The notes: generated by a model from the letters alone, not told the origin. A stretch of 64,000 bases of DNA from Candidatus Cloacimonadales bacterium (GCA_963677495.2 CAXXOU010000001.1:672001-736000), one strand, 5' to 3'. Positions 51,702-62,726 are shown, numbered from the stretch's first letter. Translations and numbers: made by a program.

Positions 51702-53798
51702 TTATTCGTTTCCTTCGACAACTATTTTGTTTAAGTCAGATACATTCATGAACAACTCTCTGATCTTAGAGAGAAGTGCATATCTGTTGTTCTTTATCTT
51801 CTCATTATCTGTATTGACTAATACTTCATCAAAGAATCTATCAATATGAGCGCCAAAATCAACCAGATAATCCATTATTTTTATGTAATCACCAATCAAT
51901 AGTTCCTGCTTAATATTGGAAGCAAGTTTACCGTATTCCTCATATAACACTTTTTCTGCATCATCTGTAAGATACTCTGCAGAGAGTTCTGATATTGACT
52001 TAGCTTTTGCTATTATGTTAGAAACTCGTTTAAAGCCGAGTACCAATGTCACGAAACGTGGATTAGCTTTAAACGACTGAAGATCAACAGCACGTTGTTT
52101 TAAGTCGGAGAGACTTGAACCTTCAATATGTAAAACACTATCAATGATGTCATAATCCACTTTATACTGTTGAAGTAACCAGCTAGTTCTCTGTTTAAAG
52201 AAGTTAAGTACAAAATCCTTATTGTGACCAACTTCAGAAAGCTTGCTTGCCACAACTTCAAAGGCCTCATCTATTAGCTTTGTTAAATCCAGGTTCCATT
52301 TGTATTGCTCAATAATCTGAACAACACCGTTTGCAGCTCTTCTAAGTGCAAATGGGTCATTTGATCCGGTTGGAATAACATCAACACCAACGATACCACA
52401 AACAGTATCAAGTTTATCCGCAACTGCAACTAATGCCCCAATCTCAGAGCTTGGTAAAGAATCGTTCTGACCTCTTGGCATATAGTGTTCATAAATACCA
52501 AGAGCTACATCTTTATCTTCACCTGTAGCAAGTGCATACTTCATTCCAATATAACCTTGCAACTTAGTGAACTCTTTCTCTCCAAGCATAAGTGTGACTA
52601 AGTCTGCTTTTGCAAGAAGCGCACAACGCTCAGCTTTGGCTTTAGTTTCAACTGAAAGCCCAAGAGTATCAGCCATATATTTTACAATCTCTATCACACG
52701 CTCACTCTTTTCCTTGATTGTGCCTAAGCTTGCTTGGAAAGTTACTTCTTCCAGCTTAGGGACAAACTCAGCAAGTGAGTGTTTAGTATCTTCTTGATAA
52801 TAGAAGATGGCATCATCGAGTCGTGGTCTGACGACCTTTTCATTACCATCTCTAATAATGTCAGAGTAATTAGGGTTTCCATTAGATATAAAGACAAATT
52901 TATTCGATAAGTTACCCTTTTCATCTCTTAAGGAGAAGTATTTCTGATTCTGACTGACTGTTGATGTGATAATCTTATCAGGTAAGCTTAAGTATGATTC
53001 TGGGAACTCTGCTAGTACGGGTGTAGGATACTCAACTAAATCACAAACAGTATCCAACAATTTGCTATCAGGAATCATCTGCAGGTCTGTTTCACTTAAG
53101 AGCTCATTAACTCTATCAACAATCATCTGCCTACGTTTGTCTCTATCAGCTATTACAAATCCGGCTCTTGTTACTTGTTCATACATCTCCGCTTCAGGTA
53201 TTCTTAACTCATAGGAGATCTCAACAAATCTATTACCATAAGTCTTATCTGCTGATTCAAGATGTTCTACTTTAACAGGAATCACTTCATCATCAAGCAT
53301 TGCCACAATCCAACGAACCGGACGTGCAAAGTTCATCCTAAACGCACCCCACTTCATTGTCTTAGGGAAAGTGATTTGATTCACGGCTTCAGGTATAATT
53401 TCGAGCAGAATATCTTTAGTCGCTCTGCCCTTAACTTCAAGTTTTACAGCAATGTATTCACCTTTAGGAGTTTCCTTAATGAATATGTCCTCTTCAGTAG
53501 CTCCGGCTCCACGTAAGAAACCTTTTCCTGCTTTTGTGAGTACCTTATTCTCATCGAAGGCAACTCTAGTTGCAGGACCTGTTCGCTCTATAGTTTTGTC
53601 CTTCTGCATTGCTTGCAGACCAGTTATAACTAAAGCGAATCGTCGCGGAGTTGAGTAAGGTTTTAACTCATCATAGGAGAGGTTGTTCTCCTTAAGTTTC
53701 GTTGAAATATAACCTGTGAGTTTTGTAATTGCCGGTTTAATATAAGAAGCAGGTATCTCTTCGACACCTACTTCAAAAAGAAATGTATGTTTAACCAA
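51702..53798 (-). CDS. glyS: Glycine--tRNA ligase beta subunit
   Basis: FEVGVEEIP, TPRR, FPKTMKWG, FARPVRW, EFTKLQG, TGSNDPFALRR. Confidence 0.97.
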   Translation of the reverse strand: MVKHTFLFEVGVEEIPASYIKPAITKLTGYISTKLKENNLSYDELKPYSTPRRFALVITGLQAMQKDKTIERTGPATRVAFDENKVLTKAGKGFLRGAGATEEDIFIKETPKGEYIAVKLEVKGRATKDILLEIIPEAVNQITFPKTMKWGAFRMNFARPVRWIVAMLDDEVIPVKVEHLESADKTYGNRFVEISYELRIPEAEMYEQVTRAGFVIADRDKRRQMIVDRVNELLSETDLQMIPDSKLLDTVCDLVEYPTPVLAEFPESYLSLPDKIITSTVSQNQKYFSLRDEKGNLSNKFVFISNGNPNYSDIIRDGNEKVVRPRLDDAIFYYQEDTKHSLAEFVPKLEEVTFQASLGTIKEKSERVIEIVKYMADTLGLSVETKAKAERCALLAKADLVTLMLGEKEFTKLQGYIGMKYALATGEDKDVALGIYEHYMPRGQNDSLPSSEIGALVAVADKLDTVCGIVGVDVIPTGSNDPFALRRAANGVVQIIEQYKWNLDLTKLIDEAFEVVASKLSEVGHNKDFVLNFFKQRTSWLLQQYKVDYDIIDSVLHIEGSSLSDLKQRAVDLQSFKANPRFVTLVLGFKRVSNIIAKAKSISELSAEYLTDDAEKVLYEEYGKLASNIKQELLIGDYIKIMDYLVDFGAHIDRFFDEVLVNTDNEKIKNNRYALLSKIRELFMNVSDLNKIVVEGNE

Positions 53799-53824
53799 AG
53801 ATATATTCTCCGTTTATATTTATT

Positions 53825-54757
53825 TTAGAATGAATACTTCAAAGAAACTTGATTTATATATCCCAGATCACCATATCCTGAGATTGCATAATCAAGCACA
53901 AACTTCTGCCAGAAGAATCCAAAGCCAAATGATGTTCCAGCTAAAAAGTCAGTTTTTGAACCCGTTCTCCAATCAGTTGCATCAAGCTTGTATCCACCTC
54001 TTACGGCAAACATAGGATGTACAGATGCATCAACACCTATTGCACTACCAACATCTTGACCATAAGCCTTGTCAACTTCAAGATTAGCATATACTTTGTC
54101 AGAGAACTTATAACGTAAACCGGCGGCATAAGTTATAGGAAATTTTTCATCATGTTCACTATCTGAAAAATGAATAATCTGATAACCTAAGTTCCTAATT
54201 GCTAAACCGATTTTCATCCTTTCGTTAACAGGTTGGTGGACAATGCCTAAGTCAATAGCCACAGCTGTTGCACTATTGTCATCTATTGTTTCCATTAAGT
54301 ACTTAGCATTAACACCAATTGTCAGCATCGAATGTATTACTCTAGAAAATGTAGCACCAACTAAGATATCTGAAGCACTGAAAGTACCTTCATTAATTCC
54401 ATCTGAGTTGTATTTATCTATTTCTCCACTGTTAATATATTCTCCGTACAAAGCGAATGATTGGTTTTCTCCGGGACGGTTATAAATAACTGATCCACCA
54501 TTATAGCCATCAAAATAACTAATATATGAGGTACTGATATAGCGTTTATTAACCTCTTTCAAAGCAGCTGGATTGTAGTGGAAAGCATCTACTTCACCAC
54601 TCATAGCTGTGTATGCTCCACCTAAAGCTGCAGCTTTTGCTGAATAATTTATCTTAAGGAAGTTAAAACCGTTTGTACCGGCATTATCATCAATTGCACC
54701 AAGTGAAACGATCAGTAGCAGTATACTACTTGTTATTAAGCTCTTTATTAACTTCAT
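53825..54757 (-). CDS. Second PorV/PorQ-family beta-barrel
   Basis: FNFLKI..SAKAAALGGA...YNPAAL, LDYA, terminal YSF. Confidence 0.85.
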   Translation of the reverse strand: MKLIKSLITSSILLLIVSLGAIDDNAGTNGFNFLKINYSAKAAALGGAYTAMSGEVDAFHYNPAALKEVNKRYISTSYISYFDGYNGGSVIYNRPGENQSFALYGEYINSGEIDKYNSDGINEGTFSASDILVGATFSRVIHSMLTIGVNAKYLMETIDDNSATAVAIDLGIVHQPVNERMKIGLAIRNLGYQIIHFSDSEHDEKFPITYAAGLRYKFSDKVYANLEVDKAYGQDVGSAIGVDASVHPMFAVRGGYKLDATDWRTGSKTDFLAGTSFGFGFFWQKFVLDYAISGYGDLGYINQVSLKYSF

Positions 54758-55223
54758 TCTCTATTCCTCTTAAAATCTTATATAAATGGTTGCTGTCTTT
54801 CTCCTCAAAAAGATTCATTCTATTTGAGGTTTGTCTCAGGTAATTTGTTAAATGCTTTAGCATTAACATATAAACATGACTTTCACTTATAGGGGAAGCT
54901 GTTAAAACCACTAACTTCACGGGTTCATCATCAACAGCTTGAAAGTCGATTCCCTTATCTAGTAGAAACACTACGGACCTAACAGTTGAGACCAGTTCAC
55001 TCCTTCCATGGGGTAGGGCGATTTCACGACCGATTCCGGTGCTCATTATCGCTTCTCGCTCCATTACGGTATCCAAAAAGACTTGCTTGTCTTCGAGAAC
55101 TCCCCGCTTATCAAGCAAATCAACCATTTTAACTATACATTTTTCTTTATCTTCAACTTCGATTCCGGTAAAAACAAGTTCCGGTTCAAAGAGAGTTACG
55201 TTATTTTCCATAATATATTCCAT
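54726..55223 (-). CDS. PTS EIIA type-2 (Ntr/fructose-like) protein
   Basis: RE.IMSTGIG..IALPHG, DDEPV; start may be 55211. Confidence 0.9.
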   Translation of the reverse strand: MEYIMENNVTLFEPELVFTGIEVEDKEKCIVKMVDLLDKRGVLEDKQVFLDTVMEREAIMSTGIGREIALPHGRSELVSTVRSVVFLLDKGIDFQAVDDEPVKLVVLTASPISESHVYMLMLKHLTNYLRQTSNRMNLFEEKDSNHLYKILRGIENEVNKELNNK

Positions 55224-55354
55224 TTATATATATATCAACGTCAAGTCAATTTTTTTTAGTTATATATAATTGCAAGCGAGTTTTCCTTTATTATTCAACC
55301 TTCAAAACTATATCTCTGACAGTAGTGTTAATTGATGAAATTTACCTGGCAACA

Positions 55355-55433
55355 CTTGACCTTCCCTTGGGTTACCCTTGCCCCTCTCTTGCAACGCAAG
55401 GGAGACCCAAGGGAAATGCAAGAGGGATTCTAG
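55355..55433. repeat. Dyad-symmetric 11-bp-periodic array
   Basis: CTTG at 55355/66/77/88; CAAG at 55397/408/419, CTAG at 55430. Confidence 0.8.
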
Positions 55434-55500
55434 AGAAAATCAGTAACTACCATTACGGAAACAAGCTATCAAAAAACGAGAAGTAATCAATTGCATAAAG

Positions 55501-55530
55501 AAAAGCCTGCCGATTCACACCGACAGGCTT
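55501..55530 (-). terminator. Terminator after C25 peptidase
   Basis: AAGCCTG/CAGGCTT stem plus A-tract. Confidence 0.65.
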
Positions 55531-55557
55531 AAACAGATTAATTTATCTAAAGAAGTA

Positions 55558-58500
55558 TTACTTCATAAGAAGCATTTTCTTTGTCTTAACGTAGTTGTCT
55601 GTCTCCATTCTATAGAAGTAAACACCTGAAGAAACCTTACGATTGTTACTATCAGTGCCTTTCCAAGTAATTGTATGGTTTCCGGCATTTCTGTATTCAT
55701 CAACAACAGTAGTCACTTTCTGACCGAGGATGTTATAGATATGAAGAACAACATCACTATTCTCTTTAAGAGAGAAAGAGATAGTAGTAGTTGGGTTAAA
55801 TGGATTCGGATAGTTACCATTCAGAGCAGTTTCTACTGGAAGGATGTTATTCTCATCATTATCAAGAACATTAGAAACTGTTACAACAACTGTATGCGAA
55901 TTATTATGTGGATCGTTTGAGTTGATTGTAATAGACTCAGTTAACTCTTCACCTTCAACAGCTGTATGCAGAACAGTGAAAACTTGAGATTCACTAGCTT
56001 CGATAGCGAAGTTTTGTGATTCTACAAGAGTGAAACCATCAGGCATTATAATAGAACCTGTTAAGGTTTCATTACCTGCATTCTGAATTACAAACTCACG
56101 ACTTACTTCAGTGTTTGCTTGTACGTCTGTAAACTCAATCATACTCTGAACACAGTTGAAGATTGGCATGTTTAAACCACCTGTAGCACCACCCGGCATT
56201 ACAAGATCATCTATCCAAGCACAGTCAGAACCATCAGCTTGTGACCAGTCTTTATCATATTTCCAAGAGAAAGTATGTGTACCCGGCTGAACTGAATATA
56301 CAAATTGACTCCAACCAACTTCTCCTGACCATCTATCCACTTGAGTATTTCCATCATAGAACTCAAGCCAGTCATAGCTACCTTCAGAAGAAACTTTATA
56401 CCAGAAGCTTAACTCTCCTGCAGCAGCGATATCAACTGTAACACTCATTGATGTGCTTGCGTTATTACCAATGCTGCCTGATTTTGCACTATAAGCACCG
56501 TCATGTACTTCTTGAGTGTTAATCTGCCAATCTGATGAGCCTCCCATTGTCCAGCCAAGCATTGAAAAATCACCTGATTCGAAGTTGTCGCCACTTAAGC
56601 CAACAGGTATAAGATAGTTTTCAACATGCTCACCACAATCAGCTGCTACAGAAAGACCGAATACGATAGCTGCATCGTCATAGTCTCCCGCAAGCTGTAT
56701 TGGGAAAGAAGCGGTGTTGTTTCCACCGGCTGTTAAGTTTCCAAGAGTAATACTTGGAGAAGCAACAGTAACGTTAGGATTACTGATAACAAAATCAACT
56801 CTTGCATTTTCAGCAGTCATATGACCTGCATTAGTTACAGTAATATCTATTGTAGCACCTTCACCCGGATCAAGAGCACCGTCTCCACTGTTATCAGTTA
56901 CAGTGAAGTTGCTAAGCTCAAACTTAGGAGCATTTGCCTGTAAGTATACACTAGATGTCCATACATCGTTATGATCACCCATTGTTACAGTAAACTGGAT
57001 ATTATGCTCATCCGGTACATTAGAACTGATTCTGATTGCATATGCATCATCAACAGTTACTTCATCATTAGCAGTAACCTCAGAGAGGTCAGCCATGTTA
57101 TCAATAATTGTTACATAAGGGTCGTCAGTAGCTAAAGTAGCACTAACATTTGTAACACCGGCATTACCAATGTTAGCAATAGTAACATCTATGTATGCTT
57201 CTGTGCCTGCATTAATAGATGTAGCTTGGTCAATTACAAAGTTAGGTACATTAAGATATGGACCATCATTTGGAATAACCTGAATAGTTGTTTCGTATGG
57301 CTGATAACCATAAGCAGAAGATACAAGTTTAATATCACCTGCAGTTGTAATTGCTTCAAAATCGAAATCAATGAAACCTGTTCCATCTGCGAGTGCAGTA
57401 GCAAGAATCTCTCCATTATCTGAAAGTGCAACATAAGCATATGGAGCAACATTCATAACCATATTTGTCTGACCAATAAAGATCTGATCAGGGATATTTG
57501 TAGTTTGAACTTCACCTTGTCCAATATATGGCATAAGTGATGGATCACCCATAATTGAGTAGATTTCCCAGTAGTAGTTGATACGAGAGCTATTACCTTC
57601 TGTAACTGCTAAGTTACCCATATAAATCATGGCACCTGCAGTTGTTACCCAGTCTTCATAAGCTTCATTGTGCTCATGGAAAAGACCATCATAAACACCA
57701 ACTGCATTAGCAATCCAAGGTGTTCCACTTCCTGTAATAGGTTTGTTACCTACTGCCCAGTGATAATCTTCATCCCAATATGTTGAGTTTGTTCCACCGA
57801 TGTAGATAACTCCACCTTTATCATTAGCTCTTAACCAAGCTTCACCAAAACATGTATCTGTCTGGAAGTGGTTTGTAAGACAACAGTTACCAACAACGTA
57901 TGAGTACTGTCCTGAGTTGCTTAAACCGTTAACATCACTATTTGTGAATTCAGGATCTGACCACTCTTCGTAGTAACCATGAGCTGTGTAGTTCACATAT
58001 CCTGCGCCATTTGAAACATCAGAGATAATTGCATTAGATGAGCTACCTGAGTTAGGGTAAAGGTATGTGTGTGATGTGATACCATGAGCTGCATTGAAGT
58101 AGTTCTGTGTACCATAGTTAATAGCACCATTACCATGAGAAGAAGCATAGTTACCGTCAACACCGGCAATCATAACAACTTCGTCCAAGTAACTTGGATC
58201 AGGCATAAGGTATTTCTCGTACATGAGAGTTTTATCAACCTGTGGCTGTAATTGGCTTACGTTCTGAGCAGAGAATCTTCCATAATACATTTCAGGAAGA
58301 TAGTCATTACCTTGTAGTTTAACATAGTTTAAGTCAGTTATATGACTGTCTGTAGCACCATTAAAAGCAGGAACCTGTGCAACGTCACCAACAATAAGTA
58401 AATACGATGGGGCTGGATGGTCAACAGTTGCTGAGTTCCAGATACCACTAATATAATTACTAATTGCAGTTGTAGATGTTCCGATAACATCTGTTGTTGC

Positions 58501-59319
58501 TACAGTAACCTGATAACCTTGTTCAGTTTTCCAATCAACGAATGGTTGAAGAGTAGAAACGAAGTTAGCAGGAGTAACAATGATATAACCTAATGGGTAA
58601 CGGTTAAGAGAAGTTCTGTTATCAGTATCAAGAGTAGCAAAAGCAGTTCTGTTTAACATGCTGTCAAAGTGATGTGAAGCAGTTCTAGCTTTTAAAGCAT
58701 TAGTTCTATCCATGTTACCATTCACATAGTCAACACGAACTTCAGCTTCTGTAATCACAGTTACTTCACCAGTTACAGGATTGTATGATACAGGGTAGTA
58801 ATCAACAGCAAACAAGCGTGCATTTCTCATAATACCAAGTTCTGTAACTTTGACAATCTCTCTATTTCTATCGTAACTTGAATAAGCCTTTTCATCAATA
58901 ACAAATTCAAGTTTAGAAACATCAGCACTCTTAGAAACAGATGCCTGATTTGGGATAATGCGACTATTAATTCCATATTCGCTTAAATTAAAAGTTCTTG
59001 AGTTCTCAACTTTAACTTCAGGAACGACTGCAGCACCTAATGGTACTTCAATAATCTTTCTTTCCATTGGAAGCTGTGGAGAACCTATTGTATTTGTATG
59101 GGTATACCCATCGATGCCGATTTCGGTGAATAACCCCTTAGTTGTTTCAACTTCAAACCAGTTAAGATTTGCAACATTAAACTCAATATCAACGCCATTA
59201 TTGCTTGAGCTAAGTAAAACTGATTCACTTCTTCCTGAATCAAGTTTAATACTTTCTTGTACAGCAAAAGCAGATAAGACAATGAGCATAGTAGTAATGA
59301 TTAATAATACCTTCTTCAT
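55558..59319 (-). CDS. Gingipain-like C25 cysteine peptidase with propeptide and CTD
   Basis: LLIVGD, GRFSA, YTAHG, GNCC, FGEAW, GDPS; NYPNPFNP...KMLLMK. Confidence 0.92.
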   Translation of the reverse strand: MKKVLLIITTMLIVLSAFAVQESIKLDSGRSESVLLSSSNNGVDIEFNVANLNWFEVETTKGLFTEIGIDGYTHTNTIGSPQLPMERKIIEVPLGAAVVPEVKVENSRTFNLSEYGINSRIIPNQASVSKSADVSKLEFVIDEKAYSSYDRNREIVKVTELGIMRNARLFAVDYYPVSYNPVTGEVTVITEAEVRVDYVNGNMDRTNALKARTASHHFDSMLNRTAFATLDTDNRTSLNRYPLGYIIVTPANFVSTLQPFVDWKTEQGYQVTVATTDVIGTSTTAISNYISGIWNSATVDHPAPSYLLIVGDVAQVPAFNGATDSHITDLNYVKLQGNDYLPEMYYGRFSAQNVSQLQPQVDKTLMYEKYLMPDPSYLDEVVMIAGVDGNYASSHGNGAINYGTQNYFNAAHGITSHTYLYPNSGSSSNAIISDVSNGAGYVNYTAHGYYEEWSDPEFTNSDVNGLSNSGQYSYVVGNCCLTNHFQTDTCFGEAWLRANDKGGVIYIGGTNSTYWDEDYHWAVGNKPITGSGTPWIANAVGVYDGLFHEHNEAYEDWVTTAGAMIYMGNLAVTEGNSSRINYYWEIYSIMGDPSLMPYIGQGEVQTTNIPDQIFIGQTNMVMNVAPYAYVALSDNGEILATALADGTGFIDFDFEAITTAGDIKLVSSAYGYQPYETTIQVIPNDGPYLNVPNFVIDQATSINAGTEAYIDVTIANIGNAGVTNVSATLATDDPYVTIIDNMADLSEVTANDEVTVDDAYAIRISSNVPDEHNIQFTVTMGDHNDVWTSSVYLQANAPKFELSNFTVTDNSGDGALDPGEGATIDITVTNAGHMTAENARVDFVISNPNVTVASPSITLGNLTAGGNNTASFPIQLAGDYDDAAIVFGLSVAADCGEHVENYLIPVGLSGDNFESGDFSMLGWTMGGSSDWQINTQEVHDGAYSAKSGSIGNNASTSMSVTVDIAAAGELSFWYKVSSEGSYDWLEFYDGNTQVDRWSGEVGWSQFVYSVQPGTHTFSWKYDKDWSQADGSDCAWIDDLVMPGGATGGLNMPIFNCVQSMIEFTDVQANTEVSREFVIQNAGNETLTGSIIMPDGFTLVESQNFAIEASESQVFTVLHTAVEGEELTESITINSNDPHNNSHTVVVTVSNVLDNDENNILPVETALNGNYPNPFNPTTTISFSLKENSDVVLHIYNILGQKVTTVVDEYRNAGNHTITWKGTDSNNRKVSSGVYFYRMETDNYVKTKKMLLMK

Positions 59320-59396
59320 ATTATCTCCTTATATATCCATTTTATATACTTTATATCAACATTATATATTCAGTGTGCAAAAAGAGTTCCTAAACT

Positions 59397-60008
59397 CTAT
59401 TTTTTCACTTTTATCACCCAACTTAACCAGTTGAAATCTCTTCCCATTATGTCTTCAGTTCGCTCGAAATGAACTATATCATACCTTCTGGAAATCACCT
59501 TCTCAATCTGTCTCTGAGAGTAACGAACCTCTTTGCGTCCATCTTCAAGCTCGATCTCACCACTCCCCTCTTTCAAAGAAAATCCGATATATCCATCTAT
59601 CTCAATCTCTTTAAAGAAGTTTAGTATCCCGCTTACATCTAGATGTTGCAGGGCAGCATTCACAAAAATATGTTTAACTGTTGTATTGCCTATGAACGAA
59701 TTCAAGAATTCCACATCAGAGAAGTCGATAACATAGGAACAACACGGAATCTTCTGCTTCAAATTCAAGACTATGTCTATAACATAATCACTTCCACAGA
59801 CATTGAAACCTTTTTCATGAATATATTTTAAGCAATTGCCCGAACCACTACCAAGTTCTAGGATTAACTCCTTCCTATTTGGTAGTGCTCCCAAGAAGCT
59901 GTTCACAAAACTTTCCGGCACAATATTGACAGTCATCTTGCCGTATTCCTGCCAATTCTTTTCATAATACTCGTATGTATTAGTTGCTTTATCTTTTTTA
60001 TTTTCCAT
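59397..60008 (-). CDS. Class I SAM-dependent methyltransferase
   Basis: ILELGSGSG, NAALQH, SLKEG.GE. Confidence 0.82.
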   Translation of the reverse strand: MENKKDKATNTYEYYEKNWQEYGKMTVNIVPESFVNSFLGALPNRKELILELGSGSGNCLKYIHEKGFNVCGSDYVIDIVLNLKQKIPCCSYVIDFSDVEFLNSFIGNTTVKHIFVNAALQHLDVSGILNFFKEIEIDGYIGFSLKEGSGEIELEDGRKEVRYSQRQIEKVISRRYDIVHFERTEDIMGRDFNWLSWVIKVKK

Positions 60009-60162
60009 AACTAAACATCATTTTAGGCATAGGTGTTGGGGTCAAGGAGATATTATTTAAGTCCTAGTTAAAAGAGCAACATAGTTTGCACGGAATTCTT
60101 CAGCCTGTCAGGATGTAGCTTTTAAGCGAAGGTTCTTGGAGCGAGAACGAAAAAAGTAAACA

Positions 60163-60557
60163 GTACCTTCTGAATGGTTGCAGACCTTCAGAATGGTGCA
60201 CTTCGAAGGGAAAGCACCTCACAATTGTAACGAAACCCGCTTCGAATGACGGAATTAGCGAATCACACTATCGATGCAATTCACTTCTTCCTACTTCATC
60301 AAGAGCATTTTATTCTCTCATATTCTGAAGCAGTCACCAGTACGACCAACGGGAGTTTGGGGAAATGCGTACTTCGAAGCAAAGCGATTTATTGTCTCAA
60401 CACCTGTACCTTTGGAATGGTTGTAAACCTTGCAAATGGTGCACTTCGAAGGGAAAGCACCTCGCAATTGTAACGAAACCCGCTTCGAATGACGGAATTA
60501 GCGAATCACACTATCATTGCGATTCACTTCTTCCTACTTCATCAAGAGCATTTTATT
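60163..60557. repeat. 152-bp direct duplication (60163-60314 and 60406-60557)
   Basis: 141/152 identical by hand count; each begins with a family A REP and ends with the last 8 codons of 60534..62582. Confidence 0.92.
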
Positions 60558-62582
60558 GCTTTTCTGCTCCTTGTTAGTTTTCACAACTGAGAAATACACA
60601 CCGGTTGCAACTGTGTTATTATGTTCATCAGTCCCATCCCATTTGATGTTATATCCACCTTTTGGTTTGAAACCTTTGTATAGTTGTTTGACTAATTGTC
60701 CTCTGACATTGAAGACAGTAACCTCCACATCTCCACTTTCCGGTATTGAATAGCTGATAGTGGTAGATGGGTTAAAAGGATTAGGGAAATTCGTAACTTC
60801 TATGCTTGATAGTTGTGGTGAGATTTCATACTCATCATTGTAAGTTGTATTCTGAATTAGAAATATATCGGATTCATTCCAGCTATAGTCTGCATTTACC
60901 TGTTTATGAACATACAAAGAATCATAGAAAACTCTTTGAACCACAAACTCATATCTACCTGCTGTAAGAGGTAGTTCATAATATCCCAGACTATCACTAA
61001 TAACAAATTCGCTATAGTCATAAGCATTATGTATCAGGACATAAGGTACAATCTCATTATTCCCTGTACTCTTACGTGTATAACCTTTTATACCCCCAAG
61101 AGCAGGTGCACCATATTCATAAGGTCCAATATCAGGTTGAGCTATACCGTCTCCATCTCCATCCCAAAAACGTTCAGTAAAACCACCTGCATACTCGCAC
61201 CAGTTTAATGTGTCAACCCAACAACCTGCATCAATAGCAGGAGAACCGGGTGCAGGTCTAAAGTCTCGACCTTCATAATCGACAAATAGATTAGCAATAC
61301 TGTCAGGATCTACATATATATTACCACCTAGGTCAATCATATTATTACCAACTATTGAAAAGTCGATTATGCAGTTTTTGAAGCTCTTCTCATAATCCCA
61401 TGGTTCTTCAAATAAATAATCATTCCCAACAATGATTGAATTAACCATTGTACCATTGTAAACATCATATTCACTATCAATCCCTAAGTTATTGTGATTA
61501 TTGGCTAAACCTGGAACTGAAGGGTAATCAGTTATAGCATAAGCAATTTGATTTGAAAAATTAATAGAGCTAGGAGACGGTCTTGCGTTATTATAAATAT
61601 TATTAATAAAAGAACTTGGTAAAGAAGTGTTCATCTCATTTCCTTCAAAATAATTGTTTACTAGATGCACTTCACCACCATCTATACTTTCATCTCCACC
61701 AATAAAACGATTTCCTCTTAAGTGTGCTGTATCATACACACGTAATGCAGTGCTGGCATTCTCAAAAACATTTTCATAAAAGAAATTATATACTTTATCA
61801 CAATCTATTATTCTTCTACTGAAGATATCATTGCAATTAAAACTATTATATGCCCATTGAACATTATCCGTATCAGATCTAAGATCAGTTAGGAAACTAT
61901 TATTAGCAATAATTCCTACATTTGAATCATTATCATTCCACCGTATATCAATCGCTCCTTCAGTTACAGTCATATCATCAAAAAGAATCTCGTCATCAAA
62001 ACTAAAAGAACAACCTGTTATCTCTATTTGATTATCATGAACAGGGCTTTCTATAGCGTTCCAACAATTATAGAAGTTACAGTTATTTATGATAAGGTTA
62101 GTGCAATTAGCAGAAATTGCCCCATCAAGCCAATAACCTACATAGAGCATTATATCAGAACTATACTCGAAATTGCAATGTTTGAAAACACCCCATTCAC
62201 TCTCATAAAACATTAAGATACTACCCCAGAAATACTTGTAATTATCCTGTAATCTTGTGAAAAGTATAGGTTCCTCTTCTGTCCCTTCAGCAAAAATGTT
62301 TCCATGGCACCACACTATCTTATGACCGTTGTTTCCTCCATCGTACTCAACACCAGCAAGATATTGGTTAAAATCTAAAATCTCTCTTGAGCCTATTCTA
62401 ATTTCAGTTCCGGGTAAAATTCTTAAAGTTACTCCTTCATTAATAATCAGATTTCCAACTATTTCAACCGGATTATCACTTGAACTCCATATTGTATCTT
62501 CTGTCATAGTACCACCGACTTGGATAGAATTTAAACTAACCAATGTGAACAGTAGTATCACAAGCAAAGATAATCCTTTCAT
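60534..62582 (-). CDS. Secreted beta-helix protein with choice-of-anchor-Q-like motif and CTD
   Basis: Signal peptide; SPAIDAG...DIGPYEY; NFPNPFNP...KMLLMK. Confidence 0.85.
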   Translation of the reverse strand: MKGLSLLVILLFTLVSLNSIQVGGTMTEDTIWSSSDNPVEIVGNLIINEGVTLRILPGTEIRIGSREILDFNQYLAGVEYDGGNNGHKIVWCHGNIFAEGTEEEPILFTRLQDNYKYFWGSILMFYESEWGVFKHCNFEYSSDIMLYVGYWLDGAISANCTNLIINNCNFYNCWNAIESPVHDNQIEITGCSFSFDDEILFDDMTVTEGAIDIRWNDNDSNVGIIANNSFLTDLRSDTDNVQWAYNSFNCNDIFSRRIIDCDKVYNFFYENVFENASTALRVYDTAHLRGNRFIGGDESIDGGEVHLVNNYFEGNEMNTSLPSSFINNIYNNARPSPSSINFSNQIAYAITDYPSVPGLANNHNNLGIDSEYDVYNGTMVNSIIVGNDYLFEEPWDYEKSFKNCIIDFSIVGNNMIDLGGNIYVDPDSIANLFVDYEGRDFRPAPGSPAIDAGCWVDTLNWCEYAGGFTERFWDGDGDGIAQPDIGPYEYGAPALGGIKGYTRKSTGNNEIVPYVLIHNAYDYSEFVISDSLGYYELPLTAGRYEFVVQRVFYDSLYVHKQVNADYSWNESDIFLIQNTTYNDEYEISPQLSSIEVTNFPNPFNPSTTISYSIPESGDVEVTVFNVRGQLVKQLYKGFKPKGGYNIKWDGTDEHNNTVATGVYFSVVKTNKEQKSNKMLLMK

Positions 62583-62701
62583 TATTCCTCCGATAACAAG
62601 ATTATGATTACAATTCTTTTTATGTCAATAGGAAAAGAGCAGAGATTTGCCTTTTTGTTTGAATAGTGCAATACCTGTAGGATTGAAATGTTTTGGGTAT
62701 C

Positions 62702-62726
62702 GTAGTGCGAGTGTCCACACTTGCAC
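62702..62726 (+). repeat. GTAG-type REP-like hairpin
   Basis: GTAG foot then GTGCGAGTGT-CC-ACACTTGCAC. Confidence 0.55.

Noticed and set aside
55558..59319. T9SS sortase PorU
   Set aside because: Propeptide plus catalytic domain plus Ig domains and a class 1 tail fit a gingipain-like cargo better, and it is separated from the PorV-like gene by a terminator and the PTS gene
60163..60557. CRISPR array or DGR template/variable repeat pair
   Set aside because: Only two units, the sequence after each 36-mer is duplicated rather than unique, no cas or reverse transcriptase gene, and mismatches are not adenine-specific
949..62607. Numerous 60-160 aa ORFs antisense to or nested in long genes
   Set aside because: Shadow ORFs of well-supported CDSs
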